A stretch of DNA of 64,000 nucleotides. Source: a virus. The DNA is taken from positions 95,201 through 159,200 of the IMG/VR virus record IMGVR_UViG_3300034072_001149, one strand, 5' to 3'. Shown here piece after piece: positions 1 to 9,856 of this stretch; position 1 is the stretch's first letter, and every line of letters begins with the position of its first letter. Below the pieces are notes generated by a model. That model searched no databases. It had not been told where the DNA came from and saw nothing but the letters and a program-made list of their open reading frames with translations. Made by a program: the position numbers and the translations under genes.

Positions 1-916
1 CCCATGAAAAATCCATGGGAGAACGATAATGTGTCCGCAGAAAGTAGTATCTTACGGTTTCCGCAGGGTAACGCTCAAAGAGATCCTTGAGCAAAATCAC
101 ATTTCCGCGACTCTTGGACATCTTTTCACCGCTTACGGTCAAGAGTCCATTATGGACCCAGTAGCGGGCAAGCGGCTTATCCATTGCGCAGTGACTCTGC
201 GCGCATTCTGCTTCATGATGGGGAAAGCGTAGATCTGCTCCACCACCGTGAATGTCAATGGTCTGTTCCTGAAACTCCTTGGCTATCATGGCCGAGCATT
301 CAATATGCCAACCGGGTCTGCCGTTGCCCCAAGGGCTATCCCACCAAGGCTCACCTGGCTTTGAGGGCTTCCAGAGAACAAAATCACGTGGATCTTTTTT
401 GCTCTTGTCAATTGCCACTCGACCACCGGATCTGAGATCGTTATGGTTGGCCAATCCAGGATGAGGATTGCTTGGCACATGAAAGAAAACCGTGCCCTTG
501 CGAACATATGCGTTCTTGGAAGTGATCAATCTCTTGATCACAGTCCGCATTGCCTGAATGGATTCAGTTGCCTTGGGTTCGATTGTTGGCAGGAGGCAAT
601 TCAATGCCTCAAGATCGGCATGATAAGCTGCAATAGCCGGCTCGGTTATCTGGCTAATATCCACATTCTTCTGCGAGGCAGCGTCGATGATCTTGTCATC
701 AATATCGGTTATGTTGCGAGCATAACGGACATGATCTTCACCATATAGATAACGCAACACTCGGAATAGCTGATCGAAAACGATAGCCGGTCTCGCATTA
801 CCAATATGCGCAGGACCATAAACAGTTGGACCACAGACATACATGGTAACCAGCCTTGAGGATCCAGGGCTGAATTTCTCGATTGTTCGAGATTGGCTAT
901 TGTAAAGTTCCAACAT
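1..916 (-). CDS. cysS: Cysteine--tRNA ligase, 3'-partial (runs off the left edge; absent from the ORF track)
   Basis: Manual translation from ATG 916: MLELYNSQSR...MYVCGPTVYGPAHIGNAR (HIGH-like), DFVLWKPSKPGEPWWDSPWGNGRPGWHIECSAM, DIHGGGADLRFPHHE, KMSKS. Confidence 0.96.
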   Translation of the reverse strand, partial: MLELYNSQSRTIEKFSPGSSRLVTMYVCGPTVYGPAHIGNARPAIVFDQLFRVLRYLYGEDHVRYARNITDIDDKIIDAASQKNVDISQITEPAIAAYHADLEALNCLLPTIEPKATESIQAMRTVIKRLITSKNAYVRKGTVFFHVPSNPHPGLANHNDLRSGGRVAIDKSKKDPRDFVLWKPSKPGEPWWDSPWGNGRPGWHIECSAMIAKEFQEQTIDIHGGGADLRFPHHEAECAQSHCAMDKPLARYWVHNGLLTVSGEKMSKSRGNVILLKDLFERYPAETVRYYFLRTHYRSPMDFSW

Positions 917-950
917 CTGACCAATCTACAATAGATTGGCAGCAAGTCAA
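917..950 (-). promoter_or_regulatory. Sigma70-like promoter, leaderless, with inverted repeat
   Basis: TTGACT-16-TAGATT-6 nt-ATG; IR CCAATCTA-caa-TAGATTGG at 921-939. Confidence 0.55.
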
Positions 951-1337
951 TCAGAAGTTGCCAAGAAACGATAGTTTGAACATAGTGGCATGTTTGGGAT
1001 CACCAAACTTGGCAGTGAGCTCTGTTTGTCTTTTTTTGGTGAAATAAAAGTTTAAACCTAGATCAACTTTGAATTCAAAACTGGCTTGATTTTCCGTTAT
1101 ACACTCTCGAGCCCATTCCATGATATTTCTATCACGGATGGCAAATGGTGCTCTTTGGAGAATACCACTTGTTCCTTCTGGATGCCACTCAGTAGTGACA
1201 TCAAAAGGAATAACAAATTTGACCCTATAAGGCGCCAGCAGATATTTTGGACTTGATCTAAAACGGTATTTGAACCGGAGGATGTTATCAAGGGGGTGGT
1301 CACCCCCTCCTCGCCTTGTGGAACTCATATTCCACAT
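951..1337 (-). CDS. FKL-motif family small protein
   Basis: C-terminus KFGDPKHATMFKLSF. Confidence 0.7.
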   Translation of the reverse strand: MWNMSSTRRGGGDHPLDNILRFKYRFRSSPKYLLAPYRVKFVIPFDVTTEWHPEGTSGILQRAPFAIRDRNIMEWARECITENQASFEFKVDLGLNFYFTKKRQTELTAKFGDPKHATMFKLSFLGNF

Positions 1338-2170
1338 TATACGTCTTCACCAAGCCATTCGCGAGTAGCGGCTTTGCTGACCCCAATTACTACCTTTTCC
1401 AAATCACAGGCATATAAGCCAGCGCAGCTAAAACCATTGAGTTCAACGATCTTTGGACCATCTTCGGTTAGCGCGACGTCACAGGTGTATGCGATATCTA
1501 CCTGCCATTCATGATCTGCGACCTGCTGCGCCAAATTCCAACATTCTTGTGGCCAGTCTCGTCGCACGTCCAACTTGCCGTCCCAGCGATACTCTGAACC
1601 GGCAATAACCTGCTTGTCAGCTATCACGAAACGAAACTCACCTTGGATTTCCACTCCTGGATTCACCAGTATCAAGGTGTCTTCCATAACACCACTGATC
1701 TGCTCCAGAGTCGAGATGTCGTCATCTACCAGATCACGCTTGATGCGCTGGCCCGCGAACGTCTTGAATCCGCTATCAGGGCGGACAAAGAGTAGATTGG
1801 TGTTATGCTCAATGAAAAGTTCATGGGCTCGGTGTTTGAACATGGCCCAAGTCATGAATGTTGCTTTGCGATTGAGAAACCAATCCAAAGGAAGGTAGCT
1901 CATATACTGACTAGCAGAGGTTCGCCGGTTCACGCCAAGATGACCAGGTTGGAACCTACCATCTGGGTTTACCTTTTTGGTAAAATCATGTGACCCGTAG
2001 AGCACCACTGGTCCATCAATGCTGTCGATATGAGAATAAGTCCCGTCATCTTCTCGTTCAATCTCAATTACATCGTGACCAAGAGAGCGAATGACATCGG
2101 GCAAAGGACGCTGACCATAGATCATGCGTTCAAGAATGTAATCGTCGAGAATCCAAGTAACTTGAGCCAT
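1337..2170 (-). CDS. ATP-grasp protein (DUF4343/R2K-like)
   Basis: FVRPDSGFKTFAG, EFRFVI, CDVA..GPKIVELNGFSCAGLY. Confidence 0.8.
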   Translation of the reverse strand: MAQVTWILDDYILERMIYGQRPLPDVIRSLGHDVIEIEREDDGTYSHIDSIDGPVVLYGSHDFTKKVNPDGRFQPGHLGVNRRTSASQYMSYLPLDWFLNRKATFMTWAMFKHRAHELFIEHNTNLLFVRPDSGFKTFAGQRIKRDLVDDDISTLEQISGVMEDTLILVNPGVEIQGEFRFVIADKQVIAGSEYRWDGKLDVRRDWPQECWNLAQQVADHEWQVDIAYTCDVALTEDGPKIVELNGFSCAGLYACDLEKVVIGVSKAATREWLGEDV

Positions 2171-2205
2171 CCTAAGTTGCTAAAACAGGATGGCTCAAAA
2201 GTCAA
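2162..2205 (-). promoter_or_regulatory. Leaderless promoter with a 12-bp inverted repeat covering the ATG
   Basis: TTGACT-17-TAGCAA-6 nt-ATG; TTGAGCCATCCT (2162-2173)/AGGATGGCTCAA (2187-2198). Confidence 0.55.
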
Positions 2206-2210
2206 TCAGC

Positions 2211-2558
2211 TTATGCCGCCTGTTGGATATCATCCTTGTAGTTCTGCTCAAAAGGCAGTTCAGTTAGGATCTCAACTTCATCACAAAGGCGTTCGACCTT
2301 GAGATTGGCTTCAGCCATTAAGGTTAGCATCATATTGCGAACCTGTTCTGACATCTGTATGACCTTGACATCAGCATCCAGATTTGGATCCCGACGTATC
2401 TGGTGCATACGATCTTTGGCCGCCTTACGAGCCTGCTGTAGAAGCATTTTGCTCACAGTTTGACTCACAGCCGCCAGCGAGATCTCGCCAGTTTCTTCCA
2501 CAGCTTCAGGCGCAATCTGAGTTAGGTCTAGATTAAACTCTACTTTGAACTTTGACAC
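2211..2558 (-). CDS. Hypothetical protein
   Basis: GTG start with GGGAG RBS; ends QQAA. Confidence 0.7.
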   Translation of the reverse strand: MSKFKVEFNLDLTQIAPEAVEETGEISLAAVSQTVSKMLLQQARKAAKDRMHQIRRDPNLDADVKVIQMSEQVRNMMLTLMAEANLKVERLCDEVEILTELPFEQNYKDDIQQAA

Positions 2559-2769
2559 AGTCGATCTCCCAAACGGGTCTCTTATGCGGAAAAGGAAGAA
2601 TGCTCAGACCAAAAGGGACAAGTCCCAAGGGGCAAGTGGCCCTATTCCGATCTGTGTGCCTAAGCATGTCCTGTCCGCTAGCAGATTTTTCGCAAGAAGC
2701 CAAGAGCAAAAAATTATTCTTTGTCACGGCTTTGAAATACACCTACTAGCAGATTTCTAGAAACCAATT

Positions 2770-3087
2770 TTATTGATATAATCCAAAGCTTATGAAAAGC
2801 GGTAGGTCCGTTTCGTTATAAAGGCTATATGGACCAAGTTTGAAATATAACGCTTCTCTTACATCTTTGAAGATAATACGTATATAGGTATGAGGGATAT
2901 GATCAGGTGTAGGTGAGATTTCCTCAATCTGACTCAAGTCCCAAGGGCTTTTACAATTCTTATATAGCCAGATCTCCACAAAACTATAAAGAAGATCAAT
3001 GTTAATCTTCTTCAAATGGGTTACCTCTAAGGTAACTGTGAAACCATCAACCATAGACTGTGAATGAGACTCTCTTATCAAGTTCAT
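2770..3087 (-). CDS. FKL-motif family small protein
   Basis: WLYKNCKSPW ... IFKDVREALYFKLG; TAAATA 4 nt upstream. Confidence 0.7.
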   Translation of the reverse strand: MNLIRESHSQSMVDGFTVTLEVTHLKKINIDLLYSFVEIWLYKNCKSPWDLSQIEEISPTPDHIPHTYIRIIFKDVREALYFKLGPYSLYNETDLPLFISFGLYQ

Positions 3088-3136
3088 CCCGTATTTATGA
3101 GTTGCGCCAATCTAATAGCGCAACTCACTCAGGCAC

Positions 3137-4339
3137 TCACTCACACAGATTAGTATCCCTGAAATCACTCCAAGAAGTGCCACCCCACAGATGGCGCATT
3201 GAATTGACCTTGGTCTGGCTACCAAGTTGTGATCCCACATACTTGATCAACAGCGCATAGACGCCTTCTTCGCCGTCTGCCAACCTGTCCCAAGTGGAGA
3301 ACTTGAAACCCTGCATTCCATCGTTGATCTTGGTGATCTTTTCAGCAAACTTTTTCTTGCTGCCGTTGAAGTTGTCAAAATCGGCCTGAACTTCCCAATA
3401 GAGATCGCTTGCCAACTTCTTCAATCCAACAAAGATGCTCTTCGCGAAATCATCAGCAGCTTGGACCAAGTCCTCGGGTAAAAAGGGCTTGGCATCATCA
3501 AGCTTTTCATCCACAATCAAGCGGATCACATCCTTTTCATGGTTGAGATGCTCAAGCGTCTTGTGGAGGAGAGAATACCATTCGCCCTTCAACTTGAGCA
3601 TGGTGCCATCGGCCCAGCGAAAAACGTCGCCTTCCTCGCCTTCAACGCCTCGGATCTCGGCAATGGTCTCGTCATCAATACCAGTGATCTCACCGGAGAA
3701 CGAACAGCAGGGAATACCATAGGACGCAGCCTCTTCCTTGAGGCAAGGAGCATCCATATACTCACCGGTTTCGTTATCACGAATAGCAGTCAGGACCAGC
3801 TGAGTCACGGGATAGTCGATAACGATGCGCTGGATACGCGAGCACCATTCAAAGATCGGTGTCTTGCCCTGGCTCATCCAATACTTACAGAACTCGTGGT
3901 ATTCAACACGATCCTTGGCCCACACATCAACCGGCGCGGCCACCCCCGTCAAACCCATCTTGGTACAGAAACGCACCTCACCCTTGATCAACAGAGGCGT
4001 GATCATGGATCCATCAAGCTTCTTGAAGCGGCGATAGGGCTTGGACCAGTCAACCGAACCGGGCATCGTTTCAGGACGCTCGCCCAAGTTGAAGAACTTG
4101 TGATACTTGCGAGAGATCACCTTACCCGTAGCGGTATCGAAAGTGATACCACGACATTCGCGCAGCAGAGCGGTCCGCCGATCGGTAACGGGCGGGAAGG
4201 TATCCTCGAAGTTGACCAGATAGTTGATCACGGTATAGCCGTGTTCCTCATCAACCTTGACTACGAATTCCTCACGGCCTTCAATGGCTTCAAGAACTTC
4301 CGACAAATGGGTAATCTTGGGAAATTGATATGAAGTCAT
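3137..4339 (-). CDS. RNA ligase, T4 Rnl1 family
   Basis: RECRGITF, KYHKFFNLGE, KLDGSMI, EGEEGDV, KLKGEWY; start reassigned to MTSYQF. Confidence 0.9.
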   Translation of the reverse strand: MTSYQFPKITHLSEVLEAIEGREEFVVKVDEEHGYTVINYLVNFEDTFPPVTDRRTALLRECRGITFDTATGKVISRKYHKFFNLGERPETMPGSVDWSKPYRRFKKLDGSMITPLLIKGEVRFCTKMGLTGVAAPVDVWAKDRVEYHEFCKYWMSQGKTPIFEWCSRIQRIVIDYPVTQLVLTAIRDNETGEYMDAPCLKEEAASYGIPCCSFSGEITGIDDETIAEIRGVEGEEGDVFRWADGTMLKLKGEWYSLLHKTLEHLNHEKDVIRLIVDEKLDDAKPFLPEDLVQAADDFAKSIFVGLKKLASDLYWEVQADFDNFNGSKKKFAEKITKINDGMQGFKFSTWDRLADGEEGVYALLIKYVGSQLGSQTKVNSMRHLWGGTSWSDFRDTNLCE

Positions 4340-4463
4340 TGTTTTCACCTTATTGTTTGATCTAATGGTTTGCTGATAAGGAAATTTCCTGTCCAGCATC
4401 AATTTTGGACAATGACACTGAACAGGAAATTGTCAACCAGACTTTGGTGTCTATCACCCAAAA

Positions 4464-5084
4464 TTATGGGCGGTGTTCAATCACCTTGTCACCCAGGCCC
4501 ATCGCAACTGCTTCTTCTGCAGAAAGGAAGGTATCGAACTTCATGGTCTGGAAGAGCTCTTCATAAGTCTTACCAGCAGTATTGTGGCGGACATAAAGCT
4601 GGGTCAGACGCTCATTAATGCGTACCGATTCTTCAAAAGAACGCTTGGCGTCTTCGAACTGTAGATCCTGCACATGGACGGAACCCGAGGTTCCGCGAGT
4701 GCCGCTGCTGACCCGATGAATCATGGTACGCGATTCGGGAAGGAGATACCGCTTGCCAGCAGCGCCGGCCTGGGCCAGGAACGAACCCATTGAACAAGCC
4801 TGACCCATGACCAGCGTATTCACATCTGGCTTGATAAAGCGCATGGTATCATAAATCGCCAGCCCAGCAGTTACAGCACCACCGGGTGAGTTGATGTAAA
4901 GCCAAATATCCTTGGCGGGGTCTTCGCTTTCAAGGAAGAGAAGCTGGGCGCAGACAATCTGCGCCATCTGATCTTCAACCTGACCATTGAGAAACACGAT
5001 GCGCTCTTTGAGCAGGCGCGAATAGATATCATAGGCGCGCTCACCTCGACCGGTAGTCTCAATAACAGTTGGAACCAATGGCAT
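4464..5084 (-). CDS. clpP: ATP-dependent Clp protease proteolytic subunit (paralogue 1)
   Basis: [30 protein letters not shown] (Ser), MIH (His), FD (Asp). Confidence 0.97.
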   Translation of the reverse strand: MPLVPTVIETTGRGERAYDIYSRLLKERIVFLNGQVEDQMAQIVCAQLLFLESEDPAKDIWLYINSPGGAVTAGLAIYDTMRFIKPDVNTLVMGQACSMGSFLAQAGAAGKRYLLPESRTMIHRVSSGTRGTSGSVHVQDLQFEDAKRSFEESVRINERLTQLYVRHNTAGKTYEELFQTMKFDTFLSAEEAVAMGLGDKVIEHRP

Positions 5085-5148
5085 TATAAAAACTCCTTGC
5101 GTTAGAACACCGTGTTAAAACCATAATCCATTGATAGCAATATTCAAA

Positions 5149-5460
5149 TTACTTTGATTCCCACGCCTGATGGCCACCTCGAAGCTTGAACATCAACGCA
5201 TCATTTTTGTCTTCAAACCGGACAACCATGGTATATTCGTCCGGTCTCCCTCTGACAGTTTTGTAGATAAAATAGGCCCATTTACCTGGAGTATTCTCCA
5301 CCAGCCAATCCTCTACAAGCTTGGCTGATTCAAAATTGTCAGGGACTTGGAATTGGGTACGTATCCATGATCTGTTCATAGGCCCCGTAAGAGATTTACG
5401 AAACAGCTTGTCGGTCTGGACTTCAAAATCAGTAAAAGTGAGATTTGTTGGCTTTTCCAT
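5149..5460 (-). CDS. FKL-motif family small protein
   Basis: WLVENTPGKW ... RFEDKNDALMFKL. Confidence 0.75.
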   Translation of the reverse strand: MEKPTNLTFTDFEVQTDKLFRKSLTGPMNRSWIRTQFQVPDNFESAKLVEDWLVENTPGKWAYFIYKTVRGRPDEYTMVVRFEDKNDALMFKLRGGHQAWESK

Positions 5461-5507
5461 ACAACCTATTATGTAGGAAAATTGCGGTTCTCGTCTATAT
5501 TCTAGTC

Positions 5508-5534
5508 AAAAAAGAGCCCCACACTGCGGGGCTT
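5508..5534 (-). terminator. Rho-independent terminator
   Basis: AAGCCCC-gcagtgt-GGGGCTC followed by T6 on the minus strand. Confidence 0.75.
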
Positions 5535-5556
5535 AGTTGACAGCAAATTCTTGTAG

Positions 5557-5712
5557 CTAGGGTCGTATTCCAGCCCCTGCGAGCAGCTTCTGAGGGTCTA
5601 GCGTCGGGTCTAGTGCTGCGAGCTTTGCTACGACGTGATTGATCACGTCGCCGCTTGTCTGCTCGTGATCCCTGAGAATACGAAGAACTTTGATAAGAGT
5701 TGGCTTGTGCAT
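5557..5712 (-). CDS. Small hypothetical protein (51 aa, not in track)
   Basis: MHKPTLIKVLRILRDHEQ...GIRP*; abuts the stop of the upstream gene. Confidence 0.55.
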   Translation of the reverse strand: MHKPTLIKVLRILRDHEQTSGDVINHVVAKLAALDPTLDPQKLLAGAGIRP

Positions 5713-6279
5713 TTACTTAAAAGGATCCTTGGGTATGGTCTTGAAACGATCACGCTTTGCTTGCTTGACCGCCTGATCCGCACGAACATATTGCCAGCAG
5801 CGTCCGAAGGCATCTACCGCGTTACTGCTGCCTGTAAGACTCAAATGATCGACAGTGGTATCTCCCTTTGTGATCATGATCGAGCCAGAACGAGCAAACG
5901 TTGGAAGGAAATCATCTGCAGGGAAAATCGCCAAGAGGCCTTTGCGATAAGAATCCACAGTACCTACCGCAGTTCGATCGTAGAAAAAGTCACCAAGAAG
6001 ATATCTGACTTCGTGCTGATCTCCCTTGGCAATGGACCAATTGAAGTTATCTACAACCACAGCCACTACGTCAGGATTCTCTAGATACCGGAAAAGTAAC
6101 AGACGAGAACTACCTGGGCCTTCATAATCATCTTTGATTATGCCACAGAAACCACCTTCAGCAGTTTCTTCATCGGCTTCACTAGCCGCTACAGTGAACC
6201 CATTGAAGGTTCCAAACTCTCGGCTTTGAGCAGGACTTGTCATCAGCAGGACACTGATGAAAAACGCGATCTTTTTCAT
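5713..6279 (-). CDS. Exported protein with signal peptide
   Basis: MKKIAFFISVLLMTSPAQS signal-like N-terminus. Confidence 0.75.
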   Translation of the reverse strand: MKKIAFFISVLLMTSPAQSREFGTFNGFTVAASEADEETAEGGFCGIIKDDYEGPGSSRLLLFRYLENPDVVAVVVDNFNWSIAKGDQHEVRYLLGDFFYDRTAVGTVDSYRKGLLAIFPADDFLPTFARSGSIMITKGDTTVDHLSLTGSSNAVDAFGRCWQYVRADQAVKQAKRDRFKTIPKDPFK

Positions 6280-6295
6280 AGGATTTCCGATCTTA

Positions 6296-6319
6296 TGGGG
6301 AGGGCCAAAGCCCTCCCCA
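6296..6319. terminator. GC-rich hairpin after the VWA gene
   Basis: TGGGGAGGGC-caaa-GCCCTCCCCA. Confidence 0.6.
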
Positions 6320-6325
6320 ATTGAC

Positions 6326-7615
6326 TTACGCCGCGCGGCGCTCGTCTTCCTTGACGTAATAGGCCGTCATGCCCCAAGGAGCAACAATGCTCGTGTTGCC
6401 GTGAACAATGAAGAGGGTATCGCAATAGTCCTCTTCACCCCACGTGCCGCACGGATAACCATCCGTGAACATCACGAACTTCTTGGGCTCGATACTGTCG
6501 CCGATACCCTCGATATCGCCGAAACCATAGCCAGCCGGATCGCGCATGAATTCCCAGTTACACTCGAACATGGTGCCACCACCGCCCTTGGGCTCATAGT
6601 CCATGATCTCGTCAATGTTGTTCTGCGTGAACACCTTGGGGTTATAGACCTGCGTGTCAAACGTCCAAAGCGTCAGCTTGAAGTCGTCGAACGTTTCCAT
6701 GATGCCCTTGGTTTCCGAGAGGAAATCGCGCAGCATCTGGTCGGTCATCGAACCCGAGGTGTCAATACAGACCGCAACATCAACAGTGTCCTTGAAGTTG
6801 CTGCCAGGCAGGATAACGGAAGCACCGCCACCAATACCCCACGACCGCTTGCTGGGGCGGTTGAACGTATAGTCATCCTTGATGGAAGACTGGATATGCA
6901 TCTCGAGCAGGGTCCGCCAGTCCATGATCGGATTGGTAAACGCGTCAATGAGACGCTTGACACCTGCGGGGACCTTGCCGGCGCCAACTGCCTGAGCGGC
7001 GTTGATAACAGCAGCCTTGATCTCATTGCGGATCTTTTGCTTGTCCTCTTCGGTCAACTGGGGAGGACCATCGGGACCGCCCTGGACCGTGACCGTAATG
7101 GTCTTGCCACTACCGTTGCCATCACCGTCGCCGTCACCATCGCTGCCATCCATTTCCAGATGCTCATCGAGCGTCATCTGAATCTTGGTCTGGTTCTGCT
7201 CCAGCAGGCGATACACCTCTTCCGAGGTCATTTCGTCTGTATACTTGTCATCATACAGACCGCCCTTGGGCATATTGCCCAGCTTTTCCTTGACCAGGGA
7301 ATAGTTGACGATGTAATCGTTCGCCATGTTCCACAGCTTGTGCTCTCGCGAGCCCTTACGACCAAGGTGGTCATAAACACAGTGGAGGACCTCATGACCA
7401 ATGAGGAACAGCAGTTCATCGGGAGTCAGAGACTTGATGAACTCGCGATTGTAATACAGCTTGCGGCCATCGGTAGCTGCCGTCTTACACCACTTGGTAG
7501 CATCCACGAGCTCCATGCGGGTTGCGAGGTTGCCGAAAAACGGCTGGTTGAAGAGGAGCCCTACTCGGGCCTTGACGATCGCCTGGACGACCGGATCGGA
7601 CATATTTGCTGCCAT
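6326..7615 (-). CDS. Metallopeptidase-like (HEXXH) + VWA domain protein (DUF2201-like)
   Basis: TAATDG, HEVLH, WNMANDY; MIDAS DTSGSM, GGGGT, FTDG. Confidence 0.9.
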   Translation of the reverse strand: MAANMSDPVVQAIVKARVGLLFNQPFFGNLATRMELVDATKWCKTAATDGRKLYYNREFIKSLTPDELLFLIGHEVLHCVYDHLGRKGSREHKLWNMANDYIVNYSLVKEKLGNMPKGGLYDDKYTDEMTSEEVYRLLEQNQTKIQMTLDEHLEMDGSDGDGDGDGNGSGKTITVTVQGGPDGPPQLTEEDKQKIRNEIKAAVINAAQAVGAGKVPAGVKRLIDAFTNPIMDWRTLLEMHIQSSIKDDYTFNRPSKRSWGIGGGASVILPGSNFKDTVDVAVCIDTSGSMTDQMLRDFLSETKGIMETFDDFKLTLWTFDTQVYNPKVFTQNNIDEIMDYEPKGGGGTMFECNWEFMRDPAGYGFGDIEGIGDSIEPKKFVMFTDGYPCGTWGEEDYCDTLFIVHGNTSIVAPWGMTAYYVKEDERRAA

Positions 7616-7642
7616 GAGATCCTTCCTTTTGTTGTATCCGCT

Positions 7643-7670
7643 ATTATAACGGATAACATCATCGTGTCAA
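7643..7670 (-). promoter_or_regulatory. Consensus sigma70 promoter
   Basis: TTGACA-16-TATAAT upstream of the VWA gene. Confidence 0.75.
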
Positions 7671-7711
7671 CTATTTAGGTGACAAGGTTCGTTGCGATTT
7701 TGGGATAAAAT

Positions 7712-7743
7712 GAAAGGGTGGCCTGTTGCCAAGCCACCCTTTC
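7712..7743 (-). terminator. Terminator-like hairpin after the AAA ATPase
   Basis: GAAAGGGTGGC/GCCACCCTTTC 11-bp stem. Confidence 0.6.
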
Positions 7744-7772
7744 CCCGTTAGGCCACGGGAAGCCGTTACGGA

Positions 7773-8990
7773 TTAAGCCGCCAGGATCAGATCCTGATAC
7801 TTGTCCGAGAACTCGTCCCAGTTCTTCATGCCCGACGGGTCGAACTGGATCCGGAAGATTGCCAGCGCCGTGCGCGAGCCCATGATGACCATTTCCGACT
7901 GGAAGTTCTTCATCATGAAGCCCAGGAAGTTGTCCACGTTGGTCGAGAACTTCTTCTTGTCCTCGGCCTTGGCGCCCTTGGCGATCGACGCGTCATACCG
8001 GTCCTTGAGCTCATAGCACAGAGCAGTGGTCAGAGCATACATCAGCGAGATGTCAGCACCCTTCTTCAGCTCAGTGATCTTGCCCTCGAGGATGTCGCCA
8101 GCTGCGGGCAGATTCGCCGCATTCTTGCGATATTCCAGGAACTTGACCGCAATGCCGTCACCGACCGAGCCGGCGATCAGCGACATCTGGACCGTTTCCG
8201 GAATGTTGGGATCACCGCGCAGAATGTCGGAGACCATTTCCCAGGAACGCGGGGTGGGGAAGCCGCGCGACGCGCTGGTAGCCTCGAACTGGAACAGTTC
8301 GTGCTTGAAAGCGGTCAGGTAGCCAACCACCGCCTGGTGGAAGCCGGTCTGAAGTGCGAAGGTCTGGAAATCCTCGAAGTCCACGCGCATTTCAATGTGC
8401 GTGAAGCGATTCTGCAGAGGCGTGGGCATCTTGAACGTCGCGCCCTTGTCAGTCTCGCGGTTACCCGCCGCCATCACGATCACGTTGTCGGGGACCACGT
8501 ATTCGCCCAGGGCGCCATCGAGAACCAGCTGGTAGGAGCCGGCCTGTACCGACGGAGCAGCGTTGGGCAGTTCGTCCAGCAGGATAATCGCACCATCGTA
8601 CTGATGACCCATGTCGTCAGTGATCTGAGCCTTGCGCAGCGGAGTGCCATCTTCGGCAACAGCGCGCTTGGGCAGCATCTGCGGGATAGCCCATTCGACA
8701 TATGCGCGACCGGTCTGGTCGTCCTTGAAAGGAACCGGAATACCGCGAAGGTCGGTGGGTTCCATCTGCGTCAGTCGGATATCGATGAGCTTGAAGTTCA
8801 GTTCGTCAGCGACCTGCTCGACGACCGAAGACTTGGCAATGCCAGGTGCGCCCCAGATAAACAGACCACGACGCTTCTTGCCGCGTTCTGCGTTCTCGAG
8901 GTTGACCTTCACCATATGCTTGATAGCAATCGCAGCCTCCGACGGCTTGACCGTCAGTGTGTCGATGCGCGTTGAACCCTTCTTGGACAT
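7773..8990 (-). CDS. MoxR-like AAA+ ATPase
   Basis: GAPGIAKS, ILLDE, AAGNR, NRF, TPRSWE; start MSKKG with AGGAG RBS. Confidence 0.92.
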   Translation of the reverse strand: MSKKGSTRIDTLTVKPSEAAIAIKHMVKVNLENAERGKKRRGLFIWGAPGIAKSSVVEQVADELNFKLIDIRLTQMEPTDLRGIPVPFKDDQTGRAYVEWAIPQMLPKRAVAEDGTPLRKAQITDDMGHQYDGAIILLDELPNAAPSVQAGSYQLVLDGALGEYVVPDNVIVMAAGNRETDKGATFKMPTPLQNRFTHIEMRVDFEDFQTFALQTGFHQAVVGYLTAFKHELFQFEATSASRGFPTPRSWEMVSDILRGDPNIPETVQMSLIAGSVGDGIAVKFLEYRKNAANLPAAGDILEGKITELKKGADISLMYALTTALCYELKDRYDASIAKGAKAEDKKKFSTNVDNFLGFMMKNFQSEMVIMGSRTALAIFRIQFDPSGMKNWDEFSDKYQDLILAA

Positions 8991-9173
8991 TTTAACTCCT
9001 GTTGTTTGGCCTAACGGTTTGCTGTAAACCTTCACCATTACTAGCGTCAATGAAAGAGGTGTCAACCAACTTTTTTCCACTAGGTGAAGATTTCTGCCCT
9101 CCGCCGTGTTTCAGCTGTTAACTGACAGGTAAAGGTTACGCAATAAAGAATTTTATCAAAGGTGAATTTTTCT

Positions 9174-9572
9174 TCAGCCTGAAAACGCATCAAGGAGAAT
9201 ATCAAGATCTCCTACGAGTTTGGCTCGCATGGCCAGGTCGGCCTCAAAGAATGTGACGGTTATAGGAAGATAGTTGTTGGCATGCCATGGCATACTACAA
9301 TGGCGGTCTAGATAAAGAACGTGCCTGCTTGAGAATGTTTGTTGGTCAGGGAATACCACTTCAAACTTTTTGAAAAAGCTTGTCATAATAGCCAGTCCAC
9401 CCTGACTCAACCGAAGACCATGTTTGGAATCCTCGTTACCACCTCGTAAATTACTGAACATCATACGGATTAGTTCATCATCCGTCATGTTGGTAATTTC
9501 ACTAACGTGCTTGACCGGATTGACTTCATAAGCCTTTCGTATAGCACCTACTATGAGATAGTGGATACTCAT
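9174..9572 (-). CDS. Phage hypothetical protein
   Basis: GLRLS..G, LDRHCSMPW; ATGA overlap with the upstream gene. Confidence 0.75.
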   Translation of the reverse strand: MSIHYLIVGAIRKAYEVNPVKHVSEITNMTDDELIRMMFSNLRGGNEDSKHGLRLSQGGLAIMTSFFKKFEVVFPDQQTFSSRHVLYLDRHCSMPWHANNYLPITVTFFEADLAMRAKLVGDLDILLDAFSG

Positions 9573-9856
9573 TCAGAAATAGGCTTACCGCCAGTCAGTT
9601 CATAAACTTTGAATTTGTCAGTTTTGAAAAGCTTGTTGAGCTTTTCAGCGAGATTGAAAGCATGACCTGGATTGCTGAAACTGACCTTTTTGTATTTTGG
9701 ACCAGGGTAGTTTACTAAACTGTTGATCGATCTCAGATTGATCGGTTTCCCTTCATAGAACACGGCATAGATGGCTTCAGCCTCTAGAACCTGTTCGGCT
9801 TTGAAGGTCTTTGGATCAGTATAATCCAACAGAACTCTTGGTTTTGGCCTAGACAT
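9569..9856 (-). CDS. Phage hypothetical protein (MSRPKP-type)
   Basis: KYKKVSFSNPGHAFNLAEKLN; preceded by TAAATA. Confidence 0.8.
   Translation of the reverse strand: MSRPKPRVLLDYTDPKTFKAEQVLEAEAIYAVFYEGKPINLRSINSLVNYPGPKYKKVSFSNPGHAFNLAEKLNKLFKTDKFKVYELTGGKPISE

Noticed and set aside
29-945. Short ORFs listed in the track over 1-945
   Set aside because: All are shadows or alternative frames of cysS
6257-7678. Long plus-strand ORFs (473 aa here; also 3539-4333, 8301-8975, 36846-37718, 52394-53140)
   Set aside because: Antisense shadows of well-supported, GC-richer minus-strand genes; no motifs of their own
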